A model generated the notes under the pieces. The model searched no databases. It had not been told where the DNA came from and was given only the letters and a program-made list of their open reading frames with translations. Of a stretch of DNA of 64,000 nucleotides, positions 35,400 through 49,382 are shown in pieces. The stretch is from Mobula hypostoma (Eukaryota): contig NC_086097.1 in NCBI RefSeq assembly GCF_963921235.1, forward strand, positions 229,278,001-229,342,000. Reading direction: 5' to 3'. The translations under genes were made by a program, and so were the position numbers. How positions within the stretch are numbered: the stretch's first letter is position 1; each line of letters begins with the position of its first letter.

Positions 35400-37424
35400 T
35401 CTATAGTTTCCTTTCTGCTGTCTCCCACCTTTCTTAAATAGCAGAGTAACATTTGCAATTTTCCAGTCATCCAGTACAATGCCAGAATCTATCAAATCTT
35501 GAAAGATCATTGTTAGTGCCTCCGCAATCTCTCCAGCTACTTCCTTCAGAACCCGGGGGTGCATTCCATCAGGTCCAGGAGATTTGTCCACCCTCAGGCT
35601 ATCAGACCATTAAGTTTCCTGAGCACCTTCTCATTCATAATTTTCACTGCGCATACTTCCATGACACTCTTGAATGTCCGGTATACTGCAGATGTCTTCC
35701 ACTGTGAAGACTGATGCAAAATACGTGTTCAGTTCCTCTGCCATCTCTGCGTCTCTCATTACAATATCTCCAACATCATTTTCTATTGGTCCTATATCTA
35801 CCCTCAACTCTCTTTTACCCTTTATATACTTAAAAAAGCTTTTAGTACCTTCTTTGATATTAATCACCAGCTTCCTTTCATAATTCATCTTTTCCTTCTG
35901 AATGACCTTCTTAGTTTCCTTCTGCAAGTGCTCAAAAGCTTCCCAATCCTCTTTCTTTCCACTAGGTTCAACTTCCTTGTATGCCTTCCCTTTTGCTTTT
36001 ACTTTGGCTCTGACTTCACTTGTCAGCCACGATAGTGTCCTTCTTCCATTCGAAAATTTCTTCTTATTTGGAATATATCTGACTTGCACTTCCCCCATTT
36101 TTTGCAGAAATTCCAGCCACTGCTGCTCCTTTCCTGCTAGTGTCCCTTTCCTGTCAACTTTGGCTAGTTTCCCTCTCATGCCGTTGTAATTTCCTTTATT
36201 CCACTGAAATACAGACACATTAGAGCTTAGTTTCTCCTCAAATTTCAAAGTGAACTTGATCATATTGTGATCACTGTTCCCTAAGGGTTCCTTAACCTTA
36301 TGCTGTCTTATCACATCCTGATCGTTTCACAACACCCAATCCAGCACAGCCGATCCCCTAGTGGGCTCAACAAGCTGTTCTAAAAATCCATCCCTTAGAC
36401 ATTCTACAAATTCTCACTCTTGAGGTCCAGTACTGACCTGGTTTTCCCAATCCACTTTCATGTTAAAATCCCCAACGATTATCATGACATTGCCCTTCTG
36501 ACACATCTTTTCTCTCTCCTGCTTTAATTTGTAACCCACATCCCGGCTGCTGCTTGGAGGCCTGTATACAGCTGCCATTAGGGTCCTTTTACCCTTGCCA
36601 TTTCTTAACTCAACCCATAGAGACTCTACACCTTCCGATCCTATGTCATCCCTTTTGAATGATTTAATATTATTTCTTATACACAAAGCGTCACCTCCCC
36701 CTCTGTCTACTAACCTATCTTCCAATAGACCATATATCCTTGGATGTTCAGCTCTCAATGGCTGCCATTCTTTAGCCAAGTTTCAGAGATGGCCACAATG
36801 TCATACAATGTCAATCTGTAGCTGAATTTCAAGATCGTCCATTTTATTTCTTCAGCTGTGTGCATTCAAATATAACACTTTCAGTCCAGTATTTGTTGCT
36901 TTTTGTTTTAACTGCACCATACCTCTATTGCTCTGTAACTCAACCCACTGGCGGTGATTATGCCTCATCTCCTGCCTGTCCTTTCTATCATCTCTGTTGC
37001 ACAGTATCTTTGATTTATTTCTGTTTTCCCCTTCCTCAGCCCTATAACATTGGTTCCCATCCCCTGCCAAGTTAGTTTAAACCCTCCCTAACAGCTCTAT
37101 TAAACCTGCCTGCTAGGAGTATGCCCACAAGAAAATGAATCTCAGAGTTATATATGGTGACGTATGTGTACTTTGATAATAAATATATGTTGAACGTTGA
37201 ACTCTCCAAACTCTGAATTTTGGCATTTATGCTTGGATTTTTGGTTCAGTGTCTTGAGGGTTAAAAAATCTAAAGTAAAGGTATGAAGTATGAGGAGTCA
37301 TTCAGTTATAAGGTCAGAACTATTACAAAAGACATGTTGAATTGTAAAGAAAACTGCAAAAAATGTTGTATGGCAGTTATATGCTACATTTAAACTAATT
37401 TAGAAACATCGACATCATCTTAGA

Positions 37425-40400
37425 CCATAAGATCATAAGACATAGGAGCAGAATTAGGCCATCTGGCCCATTGAGTCTGCTCCGCCATTCAATCATGGCT
37501 GATCCTTTTTTCTTCTCCTCCTCAACCCCAGTTCCTGGCCTTCTCCCCATAACCTTTGATGCCATGTCCAATCAAGAACCTATCAATCTCTGCCTTAAAT
37601 ACACCCAACAACCTGGCATCCACAGCTGCATGTGGCAACAAATTCCACAAATTCACCACCCTTTGGCTAAAGGAATTTCTCTGCATCTCTGTTTTGAAAG
37701 GGTGCCCCTTTATCTTGAGGCTATACCCTTTTGTCCTAGACTCTCCCACCATGGGAAACATCCTTTCCACATCTACTCTGTCTAGGCCTTTCAACATTCG
37801 AAAAGTTTCAAAGAGATCCCCCCTCATCCTTCTGAATTCCAGTGAATACAGACCCACAGCCATCAAACGTTCCTCATATGATAACCCTTTCATTCCTGGA
37901 ATCATCCTTGTAAACCTCCTCCTCTCCAATGCTAGCACATCTTTTCTAAGATGAGGGGCCCAAAACTGTTCACAGTACTCAAAGTGAGGCCTCACCAGTA
38001 CCTTATAAAGCCTCAACATCATATCCTTGTTCTTGTATTTTAGACCTCTTGAAATGAGTACTAACATGGCATTTGCCTTCCTCACCACTGACTCGACCTG
38101 CAAGTTAACCTTTAGAGTTTTTTACACAATGACCCCTAAGTCCCTCTGCATCTCAGATTCCTGGATTTTCTCCCTGTTTAGAAAATAGTACGCAAATTTA
38201 TTTCTACTACCCAAGTGCATGAACATGCATTTTCCAACATCGTATTTCGTTTGCCACTTTCTTGCCCATTTTCCTAATCTGTCTAAGTCATTATGCGTCC
38301 TACCCATTTCTTCAACACTACCTGTTCCTGCACCAATCTTCATATCATCTGCAAACTTGGCAGCAAAGCCATCTATTCCATCATCTAAATCATTTATATA
38401 GAGTATAAAAAGAAGCTGTCCCAACACTGACCCCTGTGGAACACTACTAGTCATTGGCAGCCAACCAGGAAAGGATCCTTTTATTCCCACTTGCTGCCTC
38501 CTACCAATCAGCCAATGCTCTAACCATGTTTGTAACTTTGCTGTAATACCATGGACTCTTAACTTGGTAAGCAGCCTCATGTGTGGCACCTTGTCAAAGA
38601 CGTTCTGATAGTCCAAATATACAACATCCACTGCATCCCCTTTATCTATCCTACTTGTAATCTCCTCAAAGAATTCCAACAGGTTCATCAGGCAGGATTT
38701 TCCCTGAAGGAAACCATGCTGACTTTGTACTATCTTGTCCTGTGTCACCAAGTACTCCATCACCTCATCCTTAACAATTGACTCCAACATCTTCCGACAT
38801 CACTGAGGTCGGACTAACTGGTCTATAATTTCCTTTCTGCTGCCTTCCTCCTTTCTTAAAGAGTGGAGTGACATTTGCAATTTTCCAGTCCTCTGGCACC
38901 ATACCAGAGGAAATGAGTACTAAAATGAGTACTCCAATGATATCTGAAAGATCATTTCTAATGCCACCTCGATCTCTAATGCCACCTTTTTCAGAACCCT
39001 AGGATGCAGTTCATTTGGTCTGGGTGACTTATGTAAGATACTGGCAATCTGTAAAAGTGCAACAAGATCACCCACCTTATTTCTTATACTGCGCGCATTT
39101 TGATACAACACTTTGATTATCATATTTGTTATCCTTTCTGACTCTGCATCTCTAATGGTTTGATACTTAGCCTGTTGGCTGCAACTAAGTCCCATCACCT
39201 GCCTGCCCTTCCTGACAGTCTGACTGCACGCTATATTTACTTTTTTACCATCAGTCCTACCTGAGTCCCTTCACTCCGATTCGCACCCCCCTGCCAAATT
39301 AGTTTAAACCCTTCCCAACAGCTCTAACAAACCTGCCTACAAGAATATTGGTCCCCCTCAGGTTCAGGTGCAAGCCACCACTTTTGAACAGGTCATACCT
39401 CCCCCAGAAGAGATCTTAATGATCCAAGAACCTGAAGCCCTGCCCCCTGCACAGCTTCCTCAGCCACACATTTATCTTCCAGATCATTCTGTTTCAACCC
39501 TCACTGGCGTGTAGCACAGCCAGCAATCCAGAAATTACTAACCTGGAGGTTTTGCTTCTCAGCTTTCTACCTAGCTCTCTAAATTCTCTTTTCAGGACTC
39601 ATTGCTTTTCCTTACCATGTCATTGGTACCAATATGTACCAAAACATCTGGCTGCTCCCCCTCCTTCTCCAAAATGCTCTGAATGAGACACGCCTGACCC
39701 TGGCACCTGGGAGGCAACATACCATCCGGATGTCCCTTTCACATCCATAGAATCTCCTGTCTGTTCCCCTGACTATTGTGTCCCCTATCACTACCGCTCC
39801 ATTCTTCTCTCTCTTTTCCTTCTGCACCATGGACCCATGCTCAATGCCTGTAACCCAGTCACTGTGGCATTCTCCCAGGAGGTCATCCCCCACAAAAGCG
39901 GTATACTGTACTCGTTTTTGAGGGGAATGGTCACAAGGATGCTCTGCTCTAAGTGCCTATTTCCATTTCTCCTGACAGTCGCCTAGCTACTCGCCTCCCG
40001 CAACTTTGGGGTGACTACTTCCCTGTAACTTTGATCAATTATGTCCTCACTTTCCTGTACAAGCCGAAGGTCATCCTGTTGCTGCTCCAGGTCCCTAACA
40101 CGGTCTTCAAGGAGCTGCAGCCGGATGCACTTCATGCAGATGTAGTTCCCTGGGAGACTCTGGATCTCCCAGTTCTCCGACATCCAACATGAAGAACACA
40201 CCATGCCATTTAAATGGTACAGTAAGAGAGGAAAAAAAGATAAAAAGGAAACCTTAACAGGCGGTGTACACAGAGCTGATGCCTCTTCCAAGCCGATTCC
40301 TCTTTTGAGCCAAAGCTTGTTGCTTCTGCTCTTGCCACTGGCCTACTCCTGACAATGGCTGCTCCACTTCTCCCTTCCGTACTTTTATTTAGTTCGTAGA

Positions 40401-40480
40401 GCTCTGTTGACGCCACTGATAGGCCCCGTACAATGGACAAACGCCCGTGAAGCGCTGTTTTTAAATAACCGCTGCCGACC
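37425..40480 (-). mobile_element. CR1 LINE with 5' UTR, ORF1 (Zn finger, coiled coil, esterase) and internally deleted ORF2
   Basis: VCSSC..YICMKCIRLQLLEDRV; VIGDTIVR..CLPGARV; APE start fused directly to the pre-RT region at ~39035; RT ORFs 38122-38790 and 37522-38103. Confidence 0.9.
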
Positions 40481-40764
40481 TGCGAGAAATACCTCCATAG
40501 ATCTTTGTTGTTATTTTCAACCTCACAAACCAAATTCTCTTCAAAAACTCTAGAGCAGAAGACTTTACTAATGTCTGTCTTAATTTCAGGTTTCAAGATA
40601 CCATTACTTTAATCAAATACCACCTTTGACTGTGATTCTTAGCTGTGATCTTATCCTTGGCACTTTTCTCTGTACCAGATTGAACTTTTTCCACACAACT
40701 GTTTGAATTCTATGGTACTATGGGTACTTATTTCAAAAAAATTATGGTATTGGTTCTTCATAAA

Positions 40765-41730
40765 AGGCCTGATAGAAGATTATAAAATTATAATCGGCAT
40801 AGGTAGAATAGGTGGCAGGTATCTTTTCCCGACGTCTAATACTAGAGGGCATGCATTTAAGGTGAGGGGGGGAAAGTTCAAAGGAGACGTGAGGGACAAT
40901 ATTTTTCACATACAGAGTGTGGTGGGTGCCTGGAATGCACTGCAGACATCCCACCTCTCCCGGAAGTTCCGGGAGTCTCCCGCATATTAATAGTGGCTCC
41001 CTGATACCCGCAAATTTTATACAATATCACGGAAATCAATTTTTTTGAGAGCGACCACAAGAAAGAGAGCGCGCGAGAGAGAGCGAGAGCAAGCAAGCGA
41101 GAGTGCGCGAGCAAGAGAGACAGCAAGCGAGAGCGCGAGAGAGTGCGCAAGCGACCACGAGAGAGAGAGAGGGAGAGCGAGAGCGTGCCATGGCAGAGTG
41201 TTCCAAAAAAAGAAAATATAAATGTACGTCACCCCAGACTACACTAAAGTGTACCCCTGCCTAATAGGGGTCAAAATAATGACAGTGTTGCTCGCTGCAC
41301 TGTTTGCAACAGTGACTTTTCTATTGCCCATGGTGGGTTAAGACTGTAAAAGACATGTTGAGGTGAGTTTAACAGGTGTCATTCATTCATTAGCATAGCT
41401 AACATTATTTAAATTAGCTGGCTAGCTACTAAGGAGCTACTCTATTGTAGACATCCCACCTCTCCCGGAAGTTCCGGGAGTCTCCCGCAAATTGATGGTG
41501 CTACCTCCCTGAAATGAGTTTTTGCAGGGTGGGATGTCTGGCACTGCCAGGGCGAGTGGTGGAGGCAGATTTATAGAGGTGTTAAAAAAACTCTTAGATA
41601 TGCACGGAGAATGGAGGTATATAGATGACATACCAGCAGAAGGGATTAATCAAGTGTAATTATCTTAATTAGTTCACCACTATATTGCAGGCTGAGTGGC
41701 CTATTCCTATGCAGTTCTATTTCTATGTTC
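40765..41730 (+). mobile_element. CR1 3' fragment hosting a MITE
   Basis: NTRGHAFKVRGGKFKGDVR..VVGAWNAL, continuing after 41540. Confidence 0.8.
40943..41540 (+). mobile_element. Non-autonomous DNA transposon, hAT-like, 6-bp TSD
   Basis: 13-bp TIR cagacatcccacc / ggtgggatgtctg; TSD gcactg (40937-40942, 41541-41546); zinc-finger remnant ARCTVCNSDFSIAHGG..DCKRHVE. Confidence 0.85.
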
Positions 41731-43555
41731 TTTGTGAAAACAAAATTGGCAAAATCCTGCAAATCACTCAATATTTCCTCACTTTGTTTTCAGCCAAACA
41801 AAAATTGTACGTCATTCACATGAAGGTTGTAATTCTTTCATTACTCCACTAGATGAAGTTTTGCTGAAAAGATGCATTTCTCTGATATGCAGAAATGTTC
41901 TGATCTATTTTGGGTTAACCAAGTAGATTTTACAGAACCATCTGGTGTCACTGTCATCATTTGATGATATGTATTACCGGGGACAGGCTGCAATGCAGAA
42001 TAGCTGTATTGTTCAAGCTTTAGTTATTTGTAATAAATATTTGAACTATCGGTTGTATCAATGTTTATATCTCCCAAGTTAATAAATTGAATTTGCACAG
42101 TATAACGCTGAATTCCCAGAACTATCTTCACAAATGTTTTAATGTGTCAGAGCATGTTCCAGTTTATAAACTGGGACAGGTTACATGCCTGCACTTTAAT
42201 TGAATAACATAATTTCTTTTTTATAGCATGGACTTTAATCTAGTATAAGTTAGTTGGATTTTAGGGTAGTGAACATTGGCACTTGGTGAAAGATTTTTTT
42301 CTATGAGCTGTGGTTCAATAGAGGGAGCCATAAAAATGCAAAAGTAAACATTCAGAAAGATAAAGGATATTGCTAAGTGCCTAAATATAATTTTCCATGT
42401 ATTATCTTGCCTTTTAAAATTTGCTTCATGGACATTTAATTCTCAAAATAATTTGATTTTGACTTATTTATTTACAACCTCTCTTGTATAAAGAAAGTGG
42501 AATTTATGCACAATGTAAATGTTGACAAGTGTTATCTTCACTTTCCCAAGGACTATCTTAAGACATTTTTCAAACAGGTAAGATTACAGTTACACAATGT
42601 TTGTTGATAAACTGCACTGACCAGTGGACTTGTCAGAAGCTAAGAGGAAAGCAGAAATTACCCCAGGAGCATTTACATTAGAAGACTAGTCCAAACTCGA
42701 AGGCTAGTTAGCCAGAAATGAGGAGAGCTTCAGTAATATAGTGCGAACAGGAACATTGGATCTGAGCGGTATGCAAGGAAAGAGGAATTGCATTTGGATC
42801 CTGTAGTTGTTTGAAAACAACAGAAACAAAACTGGAACAAAAGCAGGAAAGATCAATGGTCTAGGAAACAGAGAGGGCTAACACTTTTTGAAAATTAAAG
42901 TAACCTTAAGAGTTAACTTGCCTCCTTTCTTATTTGTTTCAATATGACCTAACCAAAGGAAGGTCTAAGACTTCAAGAGTGATATTTAGTAGACAGAACC
43001 TTAAAGTGCCTAATATTTTTGATATTGCGACTCCAATCTAGTAGTTATTGGTTTTGAAGCTAATGCCATAATTAACATAGAAGACACATCTAAAGAACCT
43101 TTGATGGCATAATAATTTTTTGATGAAATTTGATGTCTGAGTTTCCAATTTTGAAATGGAATGTTGCACCCCGATAACATTTTTAATATATAATAGATGT
43201 TGTTCCACCACAATTGTTCGTGGAGCCAGAGTGAAATGTACACTCCTACAGCCACATACAAACTTGTGGCTGCCTTTATTACACCATTAAGAACTCAAAG
43301 TAAAAACAGGTGGAAACAATTTCTACAACAAGAACCTAAATAACACTATTAAAAGTATGGTGCTCACTTTGAACTTCAGAACTCCAGGTTGACACTGGCA
43401 TCCCACTCTATAACCCCAACAATGTTTAGTGTGACCATTAAAACAGACAAAATGTTAAAAATGAAAGATTCCCAACAGTCTGGGTGCATGTATTTATGAA
43501 CTTGGGCAGAGAATAATGCCATGATTTTGGAAGCTTGAAGATAACAAAGAATTTC

Positions 43556-43658
43556 TCCTCATTCATTTCCGTAGATGCTGCCTGACCTGCTGAGTTCCTC
43601 CAGCATATTGTGTGTGTTGCTGTGGATTTCCAGTATCTGCAGAATTTCTCGTGTTTAG
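43556..43658 (+). mobile_element. Penelope-like 3'-end fragment
   Basis: tagatgctgcctgacctgctgagttcctccagca..ctgcagaatttctcgtgttt. Confidence 0.75.
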
Positions 43659-43959
43659 AAAGAATTACAGCTATCTGACGCACAAGAGTGCAGCGTATTT
43701 AATACTTCAGTAATATTTGAGTAATATTTTAAATATATTTGATTAAGCATGCATTACTTGTTTACGTAATTTATTATGCGCTATGTAAGAAGTATGCGAA
43801 TGGCATACATCATTGTGTGCCATGTCGTTGTGAGCACCAAACTAAAAGAAAAAACGAGACTACGTATACTTATTCCAGCTTCTGTGTTTTTCTTTCAATT
43901 ACAAAATATGGAGTTACAAAATATGGGCATTGAAGAAGTTTAAAACAAACCCGAGACAA

Positions 43960-44780
43960 GTGGAACAAGTGCCATACCTGCCCCTATACCTCCTCCCTTA
44001 CTACCATTTAGGGCCCCAAACAGTCTTTCCAGGTGAGGTGACACTTCACCTTTGAGTCTGTTGGGGTAATATACTCTGTCCGGTGCTCTTGCTGTGGCCT
44101 CTTGTATATCAATGTGACCTGACGTAGATTGAGAGACCATTTTGCCAAGCACCTACACTCCGTACGCCAGAAGAAGCGAGATCTCCCAGTGGCCACTCAT
44201 TTTAATTCCACTTCCCATTCCTATTCCGATATGTCAATCCATGGTCTTCTCTATTGTCATGATGAAGCCACACTCAGATTGGAAGAACATCACCTTATAT
44301 TCCGTATGGGTAGCCTCCAACCCAATGGCATGAACATCGATTTCTCAAATTTCCAGTAATGCCACCCCCGTCCTCTCCTTCACTATTCCCCATCCCCTTT
44401 TCCTTCTCTCAACTTATCTCCTTGCCTGCCCATCGCCTCCCTTTGCTGCTCCTCCCTCTTTTCTTTCTTCCGTCCTTCTATTCCCCACCTATCAGACTTC
44501 CCCTTCTCCATCCCTGTACCTCTTTCACCAATCAACTTCCCAGCTATTTACTTAATCCCTCCCCCTCCCAGTTTCACCTATCACCTTGAGTTTCTCTCTC
44601 CCCGCCCTCCACCTTTTAAATCTACTCATCTTTATTTCTCTACTCCTGCCGAAGGATCTCAGTCCGAGACATCAATTGCACTTTTTTCCATAGATGCTAC
44701 ATGGCCTGCTGAGTTCTTCCAGCATTTTGTGTGTGTTTCTTGGATTTCCAGCAGCTGCAGATTCCCCCTGTTTGTGATTT
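43960..44780 (+). mobile_element. Older Penelope-like 3' fragment (GIY-YIG, UTR, decayed hammerhead)
   Basis: RDHFAKHL..PVATHFN..LQPNGMNIDF; gacaa at both flanks (43955-43959, 44781-44785); decayed motif at 44642-44677. Confidence 0.88.
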
Positions 44781-46896
44781 GACAACTACCTTCCTGATGA
44801 AGTGCAGCACGGTTTTTCTTCGGAAGGGGAGAGAGGCGTTCGAGTTTTTAAAAGAAGTGCAGCATGTGTTTCTTTGGAATAGGAGAAAAATGGTCAAATT
44901 TTTTAAAAAGCAAAAAATGGATGAAATTAACAAGCAACATGTTTGGTCTCAGGTTCATAAACAGTACTGGGTGATAATAATAATAATATTTTTTAAAGTA
45001 GCAGTTACTAGATACATCAGAAAGATAGATGTGTTTGATTGCACAACAGAAAACTGGATGCTATATACTGAATGAATGGAGCAGTATTTTAAAGCAAGTG
45101 GAATAGTCAATAAGAAACACGTGCCAGTTTTGTTGTACCATAGGTGAAAAAGCATAGAGTTTGCAGTAAATTTAACTGCTGTTATCAAAGCAGTTGAAAT
45201 AAGCTTTGCTGATATCATGAATGTAATGCAGGAACATTTAGAACTGAAACCATTGTTGATTGCAGAGCACTTTAGGTTTTATATGTGAAATCAAAAGTCT
45301 ATTTCAGTTTAAGTGTCTGAATTGAAAAAAGTTGTCTGAACATTGACAGTTCAGTGATAGACTTACTGATGCAGTGAGAGATTGTTACATTGTGAAATCT
45401 ATAAAGAAAGCATTCCAAAATGGCTCTTAACTGAAGCACAACTCTCATTTAAAAGAACAGTTGAAATTGCTCTGTCAATGGGAACAGCAATTGGAGACAC
45501 AATTGAATTGCAATTAGGAATGAAAATGAGCATGAACAAAATTGCAATGTCTAAACAAAAACCTGCCTAGCCAACAGATTGTGCAGTGTCTCACATACAT
45601 CAGACCAGTACAAGTTTAAATGTGAAACTTGCAGAAAATATCACAAAGTATGTCAGGTAAACAAAAAATGGACTGCACGGGGAAGAGTTAAAGATAAAAA
45701 GTCAAGCTGCGGTTTCTAATAGAGCACTAATCTCCATGCTGTTGATGGAAGATCTGATTATGTTGAGACTGACACAGGACTGGACTGGGTACCCATGAGA
45801 TTTACGATATGAAAACTAACAGGAGACAGGCAGTATGGCCTACACCACAAGTGAATGGCAAATCAATTCAAATGGAATTGGACACTGGATCAATTGTTTG
45901 ATTCATTCCACAAAATGAGTTTGCATGGCATTTCAAAGATACTGAACGGAAGTCTGCAGATATCCAACTAAGAACTTATACTGGAGAAAAGATAACTCCT
46001 GTGGAAATGACATTCACAACAGTGGAATACAACAATCAACAGGCCTCATTGGCCTTGTATGAGATAAAAACAGGAGGACTAGCATTTTAGGGCTGTAATT
46101 AACGGAGACAACTACAATTTGATTAGAGATCTAGCCACCATTTCCATGCCAAATTCCCTGCAATAGAGTCAATTGGGAGTGACATAAGGATGATGCCTCA
46201 GCAGTGTTCAAGGATGACATTGACTCCAACATATCAAGGATAAAATAGTGTTAAATGAAAATGCCACAACTAAGTTTTGCAAAGCCCATCTGGTTCCTTA
46301 TCCTATTCGTGATCAGTAGCCAGTGAGTTAGATCACATGGAAGCTGAAGGAGTTCTTTCCAAGGTTGAATGGAGGCCACGGGCAACTCCAGTGGTCCCAT
46401 TATCCAAGCAGAATGGGTCTGTCAGGATCTGTGGTGATTTTAAGATTACCATCAACACAGTACTGAAAGTACTCCAATACCTTCTGCCCTGGTTAGAGCA
46501 TATCTTTGCAAACCTTTCTGGAGGAAAATACTTTGATAAAGTGGACAGCTGAGGCCTACCTACAGATGGAGATGGAAGAAGAGTCCAAAGCGTTTCTCAC
46601 TATAAACACTCAGAAAGAGCTTTATCATGATATTAGACTTATTTTTGTAGTAGTACCTGCACCTGCACTCTGGCAGAAAGCTATGGACCAGGAGCTGTAA
46701 GGCTGCCTCAGCACTCAGTATTATCTGGATGATATCATTGTTACCAGTAAAGGTGACAAGGAACATCTCCAAAATATCAAGACAGTGTTAAAAATATTAG
46801 AAGACTATGGGCTCAGAGTATGACGCAATATGTGAGTTCTTTAAACCAAGCACCACTTACTGTGGTCACAGCATCGATGCACAAGTGTGCTGAGAA

Positions 46897-48750
46897 TAGT
46901 AGTCATAGTCATAGTCATACTTTATTGATCCTGGGGGAAATTGGTTTCCGTTACAGTTGCACCATAAATAATAAATAGTAATAGAACCATAAATAGTTAA
47001 ATAGTAGTATTTAAATTATGCCAGTAAATTATGAAATAAGTCCAGGACCAGCCTATTGGCTCAGGGTGTCTGACCCTCCAAGGGAGGAGTTGTAAAGTTT
47101 GATGGCCACAGGCAGGAATGACTTCCTATGACACTCTGTGCTGCATCTCGGTGGAATGAGTCTCTGGCTGAATGTACTCCTGTGCCCACCCAGTACATTA
47201 GGTAGTGGATGGGAGACGTTGTCCAAGATGGCATGCAACTTAGACAGTATCCTCTTTTCAGACATCACCGTGAGAGAGTCCAGTTCCATCCCCACAACAT
47301 CACCGGCCTTACGAATGAGTTTGTTGATTCTGTTGGTGTCTGCTACCCTCAGCCTGCTGCCCCAGCACACAATAGCAAACATGATAGCACTGGCCACTAC
47401 AGACTCGTACAACATCCTCAGCATCGTCCGGCAGATGTTAAAGGACCTCAGTCTCCTCAGGAAATAGAGACGTCTCTGACCCTTCTTGTAGACAGCCTCA
47501 GTGTTCTTTGACCAGTCCAGTTTATTGTCAATTCGTATCCCCAGGTATTTGTAATCCTCCACCATATCCACACTGACCCCCGGATGGAAACAGAGGTCAC
47601 CGGTACCTTAGCTCTCCTCAGGTCTACCACCAGCTCCCTAGTCTTTTTCACATTAAGCTGCAGATAATTCTGCTCATACCATGTGACAAAGTTTCCTACC
47701 ATAGCCCTGTACTCAACCTCATCTCCCTTGCTGATGCATCCAACTATGGCAGAGTCATCCGAAAACTTCTGAAGATGACAAGACTCTGTGCAGTAGTTGA
47801 AGTCTGAGGGGTAAATGGTGAAGAGAAAGGGAGACAAGACAGTCCCCTGTGGAGCCCCAGTGCTGCTGATCACTCTGTCGGACACACAGTGTTGCAAGCA
47901 CATGTACTGTGGTCTGCCAGTCAGGTAATCAAGAATCCATGATACCAGGGAAGCATCCACCTGCATCGCTGCCAGCTTCTCCCCCAGCAGAGCACAGCGG
48001 ATGGTGTTGAACGCACTGGAGAAGTCAAAAAACATGACCCTCACAGTGCTCGCTGGCTTGTCCAGGTGGACGTAGACACAGTTCAGCAGGTAGACGATGG
48101 CATCCTCAACTCCTAGTCGGGGCTGGTAGGCGAACTGGAGGGGATCTAAGTGTGGCCTGACCATAGGCTGGAGCAGCTCCAGAACAAGTCTCTCCAGGGT
48201 CTTCATGATGTGGGAGGTCAGTGCCACTGGTCTGTAGTCATTGAGGCCGCTGGGGCGCGGCGTCTTCCGCACAGGGATGAGACAGGATGTCTTCCACAGT
48301 ACAGGAACCCTCCGGAGCTTCAGGCTCAGGTTGAATACATGGCGAAGTACTCCACATAGCTGAGGGGCACAGGTTTTGAGCACCCTGGTACTGACACCAT
48401 CCGGTCCTGCAGCCTTGCTTGGGTTGAGACGTTTCAGCTGTCTTCTCACCTGTTCAGCTGTGAAGCCCATTGTGGTGGTTTAGTGTGGGGAAGGGGTATA
48501 GTCATGAGAGCAGGGTGGGGGACTGTGAGGAGGGGTAGGAGGGGAGAGTGGAATATGTGTTGGTTGGGGACTGACAACAGATGGCTCATGTGGGGGAGGG
48601 GCAGGGGCCACAATGTCAAATCTGTTAAAGAACAGGTTAAGTTCATTGGCTCTGTCCACACTGCCTTCAGCTTCTCTGTTGCTAGTTTGCAGGAACCTGG
48701 TGATGGTCCTCATCCCCCTCCAGACCTCTCTCATGTTGTTCTGCTGGAGC
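46897..48750 (-). mobile_element. Rex1/Babar LINE, 5'-truncated, fairly young
   Basis: ORF 47457-48470 NDYRPVALTSHIMKTLERLV..DFSSAFNTI..GAPQGTVLSP..KFSDD; (tgacta)n tail. Confidence 0.95.
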
Positions 48751-48784
48751 ATTGAAGCATTGGTGTCCCAAGGCCAAAGGACAT

Positions 48785-49382
48785 AGAATCATAGAAAACC
48801 TACAGTGCAGTACAGGCCCTTCAGCCTACAAAGCTGCGCCAAACGTGTCCTTACCTTAGAAATTACTTCCGGTTACCCATAACCCTCTATTTTTCTAAGC
48901 TCCATGTACCCATTCAGGAGTCTCTTAAAATACCCTATCATATCCGCCTCCACCACCGTCGCCGGCAGCCCATTCCATGCATTCACCACTCTCTGCATAA
49001 AAAACTTACCCCTGACATCTCCTCTATATGTACTTCCAGGCTCCTTAAAACTGTGCCCTCCTGTGTTAGCCATTTCGGCCCTGGGAAAAAGCCTCTGACT
49101 ATCCACACGATCAATGCCTCTCATCATCTTGTACACCTCTATCAGGTCACACCTCATCCTCCGTTGCTCCCAGGAAAAAAAGCCGAGTTCACTCAACCTA
49201 TTCTCATAAGACATGCTTCCCAATACAGGCAACATCCTTGTAAATCTCCTCTGCACCCCTTCTATGGTTTCCACATCCTTCCTGTAGTGAGGCGACCAGA
49301 ACTGAGCACAGTACTGCAAGTGGGGTCTGACCAGGGTCCTATATAGCTGCAACATTACCTCTCGGCTCCTAAACTCAATCCC
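48785..49382 (-). mobile_element. CR1 3' fragment inside the Gypsy pol
   Basis: ORF 48873-49391 LVRPHLQYCAQFWSP; acat at both junctions. Confidence 0.9.

Larger units (their letters stand above)
32755..37115 (-). mobile_element. CR1 LINE with most of ORF2, split by two CR1 insertions
   Basis: APE start KVLYLNAHS (36852-37070) through RT and 3' end; segments 32755-33207, 34256-35197, 35400-37115. Confidence 0.9.

Noticed and set aside
40607..40699. Possible extra minus-strand exon (CVEKVQSGTEKSAKDKITAKNHSQR)
   Set aside because: Phase-compatible, but the acceptor lacks a pyrimidine tract and the donor is weak
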